From Mytilus californianus (lineage: Eukaryota), in the NCBI RefSeq assembly GCF_021869535.1, contig NW_026262604.1, forward strand, positions 34,038,001 through 34,102,000: a stretch of DNA of 64,000 bases, in the 5' to 3' direction. This document shows positions 49,201 to 61,900 of this stretch, in pieces; within the stretch, counting starts at the first letter, position 1; every line of letters begins with the position of its first letter. A model generated the notes under the pieces. It was given only the letters and a program-made list of their open reading frames with translations, searched no databases and was not told the DNA's origin. Made by a program: the position numbers and the translations under genes.

Positions 49201-52200
49201 AGAGGTGTCTACTGAAAATATAGATCAAAGTGAAATGTTGGAATTGCTAGAAGTTCAACCTGATTATTCTGGAAGTGATCTACCTCATTACTCTGACACC
49301 ACATTACTTAGTAAGGCTAGAGGAAAGTTTCGTCAGAATTTAAAAGTAATGGATGACCTGAGTTTTCTCTCACAAAGCTCAGATGTGCTAAATAATGCAA
49401 ACAATGTTTTGGAAGAACTAATAACCAAATTAAAATCCACGGTTGAAAAAAGTGACAGTCTTCCTCTCCACAATGGTAAATCATCAACATTAACCTCTAC
49501 TGTTCGACCATTACCACAAAGAAAGAAAAAGAAAGTAGCAAGGAAGAAAAATGTCACAGCTACCATACTTTCTGTGAAAGGTAAGTTTGATGTTCTTACC
49601 CATAATCATAATGTAAATCAAGTTATAAGAGGGAAAAATATGATTCTGTGACATAATCACTTAAATAATAAGTCAACATTGATAGAGAATTTATAATGTT
49701 TTTATGTCTCTAAATATTCATGCTGATAAGCATATGATAATTGTAATAACAAAATTACCTCACAGTAATCTGATTCAAAATTAAAATTCCTAGTCCAAAT
49801 AAAATGATCAAATAGATCATCAATTACGAGGTTGATACATGGATACTGCAATGGTCCTGACTCATGGTACAGTCATTTCAAACAAAATATCATAAAGGGC
49901 ATATAATCATTAAGAGTTTCATACGTAATGAAGAAAAGTTGGCAGCTTTGTCATTTTTTTTTCAGAGAAAAACTACCTGGGTGTACAAGAAACTACAGAG
50001 AACACTCCAGCAGGTAATTAATAATAATAAGGCCACCTCCCCATATACAGTCCTATAGTGACAAATTCCACTTTTATATATATAGTTTTTACCTTTTGGA
50101 GTAGTCTCAGTGATGGAATTTGTCATGATTATTTTAAGGTGTGGCCTTACCATTATCCAGGTAATAATATCTACATCACAGGTAAATATCTTAGTCAAGA
50201 GATGGACCCTCTGTAATGGTAGTCTTCACATTTTTTTATCTAGTCTAAAAATACATTGTTTCAGCGATTTAAAAAAAGACACTGCATGTAGATCAATGAC
50301 CATTAATTACATGTAATAAATGATTATAAGGGTTAGAATATAAATTTAAGGATAAACCGGAGCTGGTTTTGAATTTGATCTTCAATCTGATTGCAATTTC
50401 TTCATTGTTTTTGTCCTAACTTATGATGTATTTCAACATGAATAATATATTGTCACCTTCGGAAGTACTCAATCACCACCTGTGAAACCAAAATTGGTAA
50501 AAATGAGATATATATATATTTATAAAAGTAACTATATGTTTTTTATCTCTGTACTAATTATCCTGAACATTTTATATAAATAATATATATATATGTTTAA
50601 TATTTATTTTTTCAGTATTCGTCAGGTTGCATTGGTAATGTAACACATCGCTTTGGGTACTCAGTCATATTTGCATATAGTAGTTTTCTAGCTCTTTTAT
50701 CTCTGTACTAATTATCATGCACATTTTCCATTCATAATCCTTATATTCCTCTTATTCTTTGTAGTTAATTATGTACAGTAAATGAATACAATTATAGCTT
50801 ATAGTTTACAATTATCACTTAATATTAATACACACTCTAATATTCTATTTTCATAATGTAGTTTTATGTTATGAATTGTATTTAATGTGATAATAATAAT
50901 AACATACTCATTTTTACTTTTATCATGATAATCGTGTGATGTATAATTATTTTTATGAACGTATGATCATACCATGTGTTAAATAAACTTTTATAATGAA
51001 TACCTATCTGCCTCATACAATGTAATGTTCTTGGTACCAATGAATAATATGTACAGCTAAATTCTGACAATATCATTAAATATCAATTAGAGTTAATGCT
51101 TGGTTTAAATTTTATTTATCTTTGACAACATATGTAGGGATGCATGATTTGCATCCAATTAAACATTCTATGTTGATGTTTTTGTGAATTAACCACTTGT
51201 ATTCGTTGGGGCCATTTCAAACATATTTTTCTATGTCAAAGAAGGACTTTTCACATATTGAAAATCATATATAGTGTCACTTTCCAATGAAATTTCTTGT
51301 CATATCTATTTTTGATGTGCTTTTATATTTGTTACATTTACTTATATCGTTACGTTCTAATGTATAACCCCCCAAGGGTGACTGGGGAATAGAAGTATGG
51401 TCACCATTGGTCTTCCTCCGACCGGCAGTAAAACCCGTGCTGAAGTGGGGCGTCCGTTTGGCTGTGCGGGATGTACAAATTTGCAGTCACGTCCGGTCAG
51501 AATGGGGACGTTAAATCCGATGCCTCTTGTAAAGAGAGTGCCACGCTCTTTGCACGTTAAGAACCCTTGCAACAACTCTTTGAGGGGTCCGTAGGTGACC
51601 TGTTGCAAGGCTAAATTTCTGTCCCTATCCAATATACCCTCATTTCCCGTGGCAGTCTAAATTTCTCCGACCTTAATCCCTTAATCTATTACAGAACCTA
51701 CCTATTGTATTTATTGTGAACTTGTTCTCGTCCTGAATATGCATGAAATATTTGCCACTGGACGTTAAGCAACCAACAATCAATCAATCTAATGTATAAT
51801 GTATAAATCATCTACATTGCATGTTATTTGTATTATTTCAGGAGACGATCAGCTTAACCCTGATAGTATAATAGAGACTAAGAAGACTAAGAAAAGAAAG
51901 TTAAGAAATCAGCCTTCAGGTATTAACTATTTTATATAAGTGCTTGTAACCTATAGCTATTGAGAAGTGTAGATGTAACAATGTTGTAAGGAAAAAACGC
52001 CTTTGTTTGTAATGTAATAGTAGACTGTGGTAATGATGAGGATGAACATCATTTCTTCTCAATGTGTCCACTATATGCATCACAGAGACAGAGACAGAGT
52101 TTCATTGAAAACCTTAAAAAATACCCTAATCCAGTTCCCCTGTCGAATTTTTCACTTTGTACCACTGTCACAGTTTCATACAAATTTTTGTATATCACAT

Positions 52201-55200
52201 CATTATTGTGTGTTTTCCTTTATATGTTTTGTTTATTGATTGCCATATATGTGTTTGAGCAAATAAAAATTGTCTATTGTCTGTATAGCAAAGGATAAAA
52301 AGGTATATAATTTGAAATTCTTTACATATAATTTTGTATAAGGTAACTAGGTAAGATTAATTTAATGACTCTTTGTATTATACATACACTGTGTACTTAA
52401 AGAAACAATTAAGCTTTTAAATGCTGATATTGACCTATGGCGAGATTAATTAATGACTGCTTGAAAATATATATTATGTTCTGGTATGTTCATTAGCTTA
52501 TAGGGGAGTTAACCATGATTAGGCTTGAACAAATTTCCTTTAGAAGGTCCCTCCTAGAAATAAAGTATTGATTGTTTTTATTGAACAGTTACATATTATC
52601 ACACTACACATACTTTTTTAAACTGATACATATTTAAAAAAAGAAAAGGAATAAGAAAAGGAAAATATATGATAGAATCTGATGATGCACTACAAATGTT
52701 ATCAGTATTGAGGTGCAATGCATTGATCATTAAGAACTTGGAACAAAAATTCTGTTTTGTATCAATATATTTTGTGATTCATATTATACACCATATTTAT
52801 GTTTATAAAACATATGTACTTTTGGTCATACATTTTCACAGGGTAAGGACAAGTTGATTTTGTAACTACATTATGTTTTACTTTATACATGTACCCCTGC
52901 ACATGAAGTAAGGGTTTTTTTTGTCTGCTCAAATGTACATTGACCACAACTCCTCTTAATAACTTAATTTCCTTGAAACTTTGTATATTATTAGATAACC
53001 ATGTGGGGGTATTTCACATGTAAACACTCATGATGTTAAAGTGGTATTACACAATGTAACTGATGTAATAAAATGAAGTGAAAGCTTAAAAGATGTGAAC
53101 AATCCATTTTTTTTTCAGGGAATTGCAATAAGTGTAAGAACACATCATCCCGCAGTCAGGAGTTTTTTGAATTTGGTGTTTCAATAACAGAGGCAAGTTA
53201 TTTACTAATTAAGAACTTAACAAATATAATACAAAATTACTTTGATGTGACCCATCAGAATTATCTAGTTTATATCACTATGCATTCATTTATTGCAATG
53301 GAATATTGATTATTAGTGGTTTACTTTCAGCACCAAACTATAAGTCATGCACTGGCAGGATTCTTTAAGGATGAGCAGGTTGAGAAAAAATGTAGTGGGT
53401 AAGTTTTCAATTTGTTTCTGCATAAGAATCTTGTCTTTTTACTGTATACACCTTGATATAGACACCTGACATCAGATTCCTGTTTTCTAGCAAGGAATAT
53501 CATGTCTTTTTACTGTATATACCTTGATATAGACACCTGACATCAGATTCCTGTTTTCTTGCAAGGAATGTCATGTCTTTTTACTGTATATACCTTGATA
53601 TATACACCTGACATCAGATTCCTGTTTTATAGCAAGGAATGTCATGTCTTTTTACTGTAAACACCTTGATATAGACACATGACATCAGATTCCTGTTTTC
53701 TTGCAAGGAATATCATGTCCTTTTACTGTATATACCTTGATATAGACACCTGACATCAGATTCCTGTTTTCTTGCAAGGAATGTCATGTCTTTTTACTGT
53801 AAACACCTTGATATAGACACCTGACATCAGATTCCTGTTTCTTGCAAGGAATATCATGTCTTTTTACTGTATACATTTTGATATAGACACCTGACATCAG
53901 ATTCCTGTTTTATAGCAAGGAATGTCATGTCTTTTTACTGTATACACTTTGATATAGGCACCTGACATCAAATTTAATATATTCTGTGGTGTTCATACAA
54001 TCTTTTTTGTCATATCTTTATTTTCTATTATTGTCAATATTCTACATTTGATAGTATGTGGTTTATTTAAATGGTGTTTGTTTGTATTATAAAAATCATG
54101 TGTGCATTTTACTAAGTCTTATATTTTAACATTATTTTTGTTTATCTGTTGCCAGAAAAATACATCAGCAACAGTGTCAAAAAGTATGCTGAATGTGCCA
54201 AAGAATATCATTATTCAGTTACAAAGGTAGTTTTATTATTCTAATAGTTACAATTGAATTAAAAATTGTTGACAAACTAGTCTAATTTCACAACATTTTT
54301 GCACCTGCACCAAGTCAGAAATTCTAGTCTGACTGTGTCTTGATACATCTTGGATCATATTTAGTTCTTTTATTTGTGTATAAACTGATACAACATGTTT
54401 CTAAGTCATGTAAGGGGTAAAATGGGTTTCTTTTAGTTGTCAATATGTACCATTAGCTTTGATGATCTGTAATAATAATAGATTTAAAACAATGTATAAG
54501 AAAAAAAATAGATTATATTATTTTTTCGACAGAAAAATTTTGTCAATTAAAAATATAAATGTGTTTTTATGTATCCTTCATACTTGCCAAATACCTTTCC
54601 TAAAATTAGTAACTCAAGTTTTCATAATACAACAATTTAAGTACAGTCATTCTGTTGAGCATATTTACATCTATTTAAAATCATGCTATCATTTGGTTAT
54701 ACTTTGTCCTTACAGGTCCACAAGTACACAGAGAAAAGTGCTAAAGCAGATAGAACTCCATTTCAGGATTGATTTAAAAAAGATTATGTTGAGGACAATA
54801 ATGTATGTACTTTCATTAAAATAATGATATTGCACTGATTTCAAAAATGTCATTAACAGAAACACTTTTTTCAACAAAGGTCTCTGTACGTATCATTAAG
54901 TTCATAAAATCCTGGAAACAAGCTCTTTTGTGACTCTAATAAAGATAATCATGGTATTAAACTAAGAATGTATCACAAAGTTAAAAATAATTTCGAATTA
55001 GAGAAATACCTCATGCTGGACATTAACAAAAGTGTTATATCTTAAATGGTAAAAATTTTAATTTTTAATAGCCAAAAACTAATAGAAGTTGGTAGATATA
55101 TACTAGAACACCTTTAGAACAGAGAATTTGTCAACTTTCAAAGGATAGGATCCAGCAGAAGCTCAGCTAGGCCACGTCCGACTATGTAAGACAGGGTTAC

Positions 55201-55995
55201 TTTGGAATACTGAATAATAAATGTTTCTGATCATTTTGTAGGGTCAAGAAGTCAAGGCTGACCTTTTTGCAGTGATAGTCCACAAAGGGGGAACTTTAAA
55301 AAGTGGGCATTATTATGCATATATACAGTTTGGAGGACACTGGTATTGTGTAGATGACATGAGGGTTTGTATAACAATTAAAAACTTAAGACTTACAGGA
55401 ACAGACACAAAATATGTTTACTAATTAGTATACCTCCAGCATACCTTGTAATTGCATCTCCTCCTAAACGTCTGGATGGATATTGATAAATTTTGCACAG
55501 TTGTAGTGCATGACATGAGTATCTGCAAGAAGCAAGATAAACCAGGTCCTCTTTGTAAAAGAGGAGATAATCTAATTTATTTAGTTTAATTTTGAAATTC
55601 AAGTTAATATTCTTGTAAGCGCAAATCCTCCTAAACTATTCAATGGACAAAACAACCAAGGCCACCCTAAGGTCTTCAATGAATGGCAGGGAGTAACCAT
55701 ACCTGGGGACAGACTAACAGTTGGCCCCCTATAAATCATTAGTAATTGTACAATAAAATCAGCTAGCTCCTTGATATTAAATGAATGGATTGATATACAG
55801 TTTGATATGAAGTTTTAAGTTTGGTATTACACATATATTCTTTAATAGCCACATGTTTGATCATTGGATTATCAGCTTTGTAATATGCCTTATTGCTTAA
55901 ATTTGATTGTTTTCTTTCAGATTGAAGAGGTTTCTTTATCATCCGTTAAAGCAATGGATGGCCAGAGCTATTTGCTTTTTTATAGAAGGAACTAA
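40214..55995 (+). CDS. MULE (Mutator-like) transposase with SWIM finger, spliced to a C-terminal USP-like half-domain; about 1047 aa after repairing 3 lesions
   Basis: Phase-consistent exons: 40214-40368, 41000-41147, 41651-41757, 45907-46871, 47652-47830, 48628-49580, 49966-50013, 51842-51919, 53119-53192, 53331-53398, 54146-54226, 54716-54802, 55242-55364, 55921-55995. Motifs: SKKVGC...H (DNA-binding domain), IDATYK, MMDYS, CIFH, TNNGVES, CSC...PCKH (SWIM), CNKC/CSGC, VIVHKGG..SGHYYAY..WYCVDD, YLLFYRR. Confidence 0.82.
41826..45826 (+). repeat. 71-bp tandem satellite, about 56 units, in intron 3
   Basis: Unit CACAGGAATCTGATGTCATATACTTATATCTACCTATATAAAACACCAATACATCAGATTCCACCATATAT; period confirmed (41966 to 42037). 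Confidence 0.97.
46880..47452 (-). repeat. Same 71-bp satellite in inverted orientation, about 8 units, in intron 4
   Basis: Reverse complement of the 41.8-45.8 kb unit, starting 9 bp after the splice donor. Confidence 0.96.
51368..51787 (+). mobile_element. SINE, full length
   Basis: TSD TCTAATGTATAA at 51356-51367 and 51788-51799. Confidence 0.93.
51960..52200 (+). mobile_element. LINE ORF2 C-terminal remnant
   Basis: C...EDEHHFFSMCPLYASQR zinc-knuckle-like pattern. Confidence 0.55.
53432..53970 (-). repeat. Second, diverged 71-bp satellite, about 7.5 units
   Basis: Period 71 (53470 to 53541); aligns without gaps to the main satellite. Confidence 0.93.
55000..55140 (+). mobile_element. 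LINE ORF2 C-terminal remnant
   Basis: LEKYL...IEVGRY...EQRIC pattern. Confidence 0.5.
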
Positions 55996-57249
55996 AAGTC
56001 CATAAACTGAGCTTATATATTCAATGTTTTACCAAGTTCTTACCTCATTAACCATTTTCTATGCAACTCACAGTTATTGATGTCTAAGTTTGAGGTTGTG
56101 ATGTATCTTTAGAATATTAGTGTGTTACATCATCATGATCATAGAATACACTTATTGTGCAATTGATATAGTCTTGAGAATGGTCTCACAAGAAACAACC
56201 TTGTGCAATGTATTTCAAATACTTCAAGTCAATTGTCTAGTTACCATAGTTTTTTAGTATTAAATATGTATTGCCTGCTCAAAATGCTGAGTACAATGTA
56301 TTTATGTGTATCACCCGTACACAATTCTTTGTATGTGACAAATATGCATGTATAAATTTTGTGGTATAATTTTCTGCATTGGTCTTAAATGTGCAGGTGT
56401 TATCTTCACTCAGTACCAATGGAAGTGAACGGTCTTTTGTATTTTGAGTAAATTTTGTCATTTTCATGCAAAATGAGTAACAAAGCATGGTCAAGTTGTA
56501 GAACTATTTGCAATATAATCCTTGTAGATATGTGTTTAAAGGAGACTGAAATATACCCATCATTCTTTTCATTTTATTCAAAATACTAATTAATGTTTAA
56601 AACGGTTGAGATTTAGCATCTTTAAAAAATGTATTTGTTCGGTCATTTTGTAGCAAATTCTTTGGATACTCACTGGTCAAAATAGGCAACATCCGAAAAA
56701 TAAAATTTTATAATTTTTATAATTCCCTTTACTGTAGAAATATTCTCCTTAAATTACCATTTAGTTTTACTTTTAGTTGGTTCATTGGCTGATCAAGTAT
56801 TTTAATTTTGAAAATATGCCAATTTTGGGTTTATTGTATTATTTGTCGACTAAAATAACTCACCAAATGATGAAAATACTCAGTCATTTGGTTGTACACT
56901 TTGGTTTTATGTACTGTGATCTTGTTGTGGGGTTCTTGCAGTTGTTGATGTTGTTGTAAATATAAAATTTGTATTAATCTGACTATTTCATAGATGTTAT
57001 GCAACAAATAGCAGTGATTAATGGAATGAGTACAGTTGATTATAGAATGTATGTAATCTAAGCATATAGAAACAGAGTATTTGTTAGAGAAACCTGGGTA
57101 TATATTGTTTATAGATGTTTTTTAACTGTTTATTTGTACAGTTTCTTTCCTGTGACATTTGAATGACTATTAGCACTAGCACAGTTATATTGAGATTATT
57201 TTCAATGAACGTAACATGCAGCCACTTTCAATTCTGACAAAAAACAATA

Positions 57250-59560
57250 ACTAGAGGCTCTAAAGAGCCTGTGTCGCTCACCTTGGTCTATGTGAATATT
57301 AAACAAAGGACGCAGATGGATTCATGACAAAATTGTGTTTTGGTGATGGTGATGTGTTTGTACATCTTAATTTACTGAACATTTTTCCTGCTTACAATTA
57401 TCTCTATCTATAATTAACTTGGCCCAGTAGTTTCAGAGGAGAAGATTTTTGTAAAAGATTACTAAGATTTACGAAAAAATGGTTAAAATTGACTATAAAG
57501 GGCAATAACTCCTAAAGGGGTCAACTGACAATTTCGGTCATGTTGACTTATTTGTAGATCTTACTTTGCCGACATTTATCGTTTTTTACAGTTTATCTCT
57601 ATCTATAATAATATTCAAGATAATAACCAAAAACAGCAAAATTACCTTAAAATTACCAATTCAGGGGCAGCAACCCAACAACGGGTTGTCCGATTCATCT
57701 GAAAATTTCAGGGCAGATAGATCTTGACCTGATAAACAATTTTACTTCTGTCAGATTTGCTTTAAATGCTTTGGTTTTTGAGTTAAAAGCCAAAAACTGA
57801 ATTTTACCCCTATGTTCTATTTTTAGCCGTGGCGGCCATCTTGGTTGGTTGACCAGGTCACGCCACACATTTTTAAAACTAAATAACCAAATGATGATTG
57901 TGGCCAAGTTTGGTTTAATTTGGCCCAGTTGTTTCAGAGGAGAAGATTTTTGTAAAAGATTACTAAGATTTACGAAAAATGGTTAAAAATTGACTATAAA
58001 GGGCAATTACTCCTAAAGGGGTCAACTGACCATTTCGGTTATATTGACTTATTTGTAAATCTTACTTTGCTGAACATAAATGCTGTTTACAGTTTATCTC
58101 TATCTATAATAATATTCAAGATAATAACCAAAAACAGCAAAATTTCCTTAAAATTACCAATTCAGGGGCAGCAACCCAATAACGGGTTGTCCGATTCATC
58201 TGAAAATTTCAGGGCAGATAGATCTTGACCTGATGAACAATTTTACCCCCATGTCAGATTTGCTTTAAATGCTTTGGTTTTTGAGTTAAAAGCCAAAAAC
58301 TGAATTTTACCCCTATGTTCTATTTTTAGCCGTGGCGGCCATCTTGGTTGGTTGACCAGGTCACGCCACACATTTTTAAAACTAGATAACCAAATGATGA
58401 TTGTTGCCAAGTTTGGTTTAATTTGGCCACGTAGTTTCAGAGGAGAAGATTTTTGTAAAAGATTACTAAGATTTACGAAAAATTGTTAAAAATTGACTAT
58501 AAAGGGCAATAACTCCTAAAGGGGTCAACTGACCATTTCAGTCATGTTGACTTATTTGTTAATCTTACTTTGCTGAACATTATTGCTGTTTACAGTTTAT
58601 CTCTATCTATAATAATATTCAAGATAATAACCAAAAACAGCAAAATTTCCTTAAAATTACCAATTCAGGGGCAGCAACCCAACAACAGGTTGTTCGATTC
58701 ATCTGAAAATTTCAGGGCAGATAGATCTTGACCTGATAAACAATTTTACTTCATGTCAGATTTGCTCTAAATGCTTTGGTTTTTGAGTTATAAGCCAAAA
58801 ACTGCATTTTACCCCTATGTTTTATTTTTAGCTGTGGCGGCCATCTTGGTTGGTTGGCCGGGTCACGCCACACATTTTTTAAACTAAATACCCCAATGAT
58901 GATTGTGGCCAAGTTTGGTTCAATTTGGCCCAGTTGTTTCAGAGGAGAAGATTTTTGTAAAAGATTACTAAGATTTACGAAAAATGGTTAAAAATTGACT
59001 ATAAAGGGCAATTTCTCCTAAAGGGGTCAACTGACCATTTCGGTTATATTGACTTATTTGTAAATCTTACTTTGCTGAACATTATTGCTGTTTACAGTTT
59101 ATCTCTATCTATAATAATATTCAAGATAATAACCAAAAACAGCAAAATTTCCTTAAAATTACCAATTCAGGGGCAGCAACCCAATAACGGGTTGTCCGAT
59201 TCATCTGAAAATTTCAGGGCAGATAGATCTTGACCTGATGAACAATTGTACCCCATGTCAGATTTGCTCTTAATGCTTTGGTTTTTGAGTTATAAGCTAA
59301 AAACTGCATTTTACCCCTATGTTCTATTTTTAGCCGTGGCGGCCATCTTGGTTGGTTGACAGGGTCACGCCACACATTTTTTAAACTAGATACCCCAATG
59401 ATGATTGTGGCCAAGTTTGGTTAAATTTGGCCCAGTAGTTTCAGAGGAGAAGATTTTTGTAAAAGTTTACGGACGACGGACGACGGACGACGGACGCAGG
59501 ACGACGGACGACGGGTGATGAGAAAAGCTCACTTGACCTTTCAGGTCAGGTGAGCTAAAA
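57250..59560 (+). mobile_element. Helentron-associated non-autonomous element (HINE/pearl-like) with about 4.3 tandem 502-bp cores
   Basis: Core starts at 57421, 57922, 58425, 58927 and 59429; (GGAC/GACG)n at about 59466-59515; 3' hairpin AGCTCACTTGACC-TTTCA-GGTCAGGTGAGCT; 5' GCTCACC subterminal inverted repeat. Confidence 0.85.
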
Positions 59561-61339
59561 ATAACAGCTTTTTGCTCAAAATGGACAATTAAGAAAATTA
59601 TGAATTAAAATTGTGATGTCATAATAAAACTCAATGTAATCACAAAGAAAAGCGAAATTCATATCTTGGATATTTGGGCAATACTGACGTTTAAACAGCT
59701 ACAAAATATAACATAAAACCATTTATTTTTATTGCCAAATTGAAAGGCCAATATATAGCCCAAACGTACTTCATTCTTTGAGAAATTTTCAATATAAATT
59801 TTGGCATGTTGAACTTGGCTTTTTTTATTAGAAAAGTATGGTTTTTATTATCTTAACTTTGTGTAACTAGAAAACGATTCAACCTATGATATTAATAATT
59901 TACACAGTGTTTATATATCATTATGTTGATTGCTGTTTCATACAAATTTATGTATATTATAAATATTATTATTGTGTGGTTCTTTTTCCCTTTACATGGT
60001 TTCTTTATTGTATTGATTATGTGCACTTTTATTTTTGCCAAATTTGGGAACTTATAAATCACTATAATATGATTTTTGACATGTTATACTTGGCTTTATA
60101 TAATTTGTTTCGAAGATTATGATGTACTGATGGTGCATAATTTGTGTAATCTGTAACTTCAAAAAGATTAAACATTTGATATTTAAACTATGCACATTGT
60201 TTATATAAATATTAAATGTATGCATCTTTTTTTCCTAATGTAAATTTGAGAAATTTGTATTATAATTGTTTGCATGTTCACCTGAGCCATTTTCAATGAG
60301 ACATTGTTATTAAAGATTATTAACTTATCAGAATTAAACAACAATTTACATATCATTAATCAAAACCAATCTTGTCAACACATTTTATTCAAATGTTGGT
60401 CTTTTATGAATTTCCATATTCACAGTATATTCAGTATTATTTGGTGCAATCAAAATTTTGGAATCAAATTAATTTATGAAAAAACATAGGCTAGATTTTA
60501 AAATACAATCAAATATTTAAACCTAGAGAAAAGGAATTCAACTTCAGAATTTAAAAAAAAATATTGCACAGTTAAGTTTTAAAAATAGTAAAATATGAAC
60601 TAGACTAGATTTAAATGAAATTAAATGTGTAATGCAACTGCTAGTTTATGGGTCTTTTTAATGCTATTGAATTGGTGAAGTATTATGAGAAGATTTTTAT
60701 ATTCAAAATTGTGACTTTGGTTTATGTATTGCCTTTTAATGCAGAAGTGCTATCGGATGGAGAATGTATATTTGAGTGGTTCCTTAATATGTACTGTGAA
60801 TGTAAAGATTTTGTTTAATTAAATAAAAGTTTTTCATGCAAATTTACAAGTTGTTTCTCATTCTTATCTTGCCTAATATGGAGAGTTATCCACACATTAT
60901 AACTGATCTTAACTATCATAGAAATCCAATTATCCTCATTCAGATAACAGAAGAAAATAATGAAATTTGTGGAATCCTTTTTGGCTGTTTGGTGGTTAAA
61001 CTGGTGTTGATACATCTTATGATGAGTCCAGTGGTAAACTATCACCTTTAAGTGATAAAATGTAGTTGGGAGTGATCAAGTTTAGGGTGAATTTATAGTA
61101 ACCTCCATTGGTTTTATCTATTTGTCTTTAAACCCCATCGTAAAATGTATCATTAAAAAGACAACAATCCCAGTTTTCAATATTTATCCTTAGCGCCATC
61201 AGGTGTTGAAAGTAGATACATGCATAATCATAGAGCTGATCATGAAATCAGTCTGTCAAGCTGTCTGTATTTTCAATGTTGAACAATAATTCCAGATTTA
61301 ATTGATTTTAATAAACCCACAAAACCCACACAAACGAAA

Positions 61340-61900
61340 TGGGGTGGGGGTATAGGAAAAAACCCTCTCTGTGTGTCCGTCCGTCTGTCTGTCCACATTC
61401 CTTGTAAGTGCATCTCCTCCTAAACGGCTTGGCAGATATTGATGAAACTTTGCACAGTTGTCGAACACCACCTGAGGATGTACGTGCATGCAGCAGGTAA
61501 AAAGTGGGCGAAATTAGTTGTTAAAATCTTGCAATATATGTTATCAGTCTCATTAAGCCCAACTCCTCCAAAACTGTTCAAAGGATTTCAATGAAACTTT
61601 ACCTGAGGGTAGTACACACTGTGTTGATCATGATCAATGTGCATATTAATATAGTATACAGAAATTTCTTTCTGGAAATTGAGATTTTTCCATTTGAGAA
61701 AAAAAAGGGGTATGTCTGTCCATGTACCTTGTAAACACATCTCCCAAATTTTTTGGCTAATTGGATATTTATGTAAAAGGGGATCAAAATTGAACTTAAC
61801 AAAATTTTAATATCATAATGTGGTTACAGTCTTGTAAACACAACTCCTCCTTTGAAAATATTTATGAAGGTAAGTTAATATTTGTAGATATGCTTGATGG
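61340..61900 (-). mobile_element. Degenerate HINE/pearl-like remnant (related piece at about 55425-55560)
   Basis: (CCGT/CTGT)n microsatellite and a GCATCTCCTCCTAAACG...TTTGCACAGTTGT motif shared with 55430-55510. Confidence 0.55.

Noticed and set aside
51375-51515. HDV-like ribozyme in the SINE head (GGUC-UUCCUCC-GACC plus AAUGGGGAC)
   Set aside because: No P1 partner follows the P3-like hairpin and the conserved L3 G is absent; a simple long hairpin explains the pairing.
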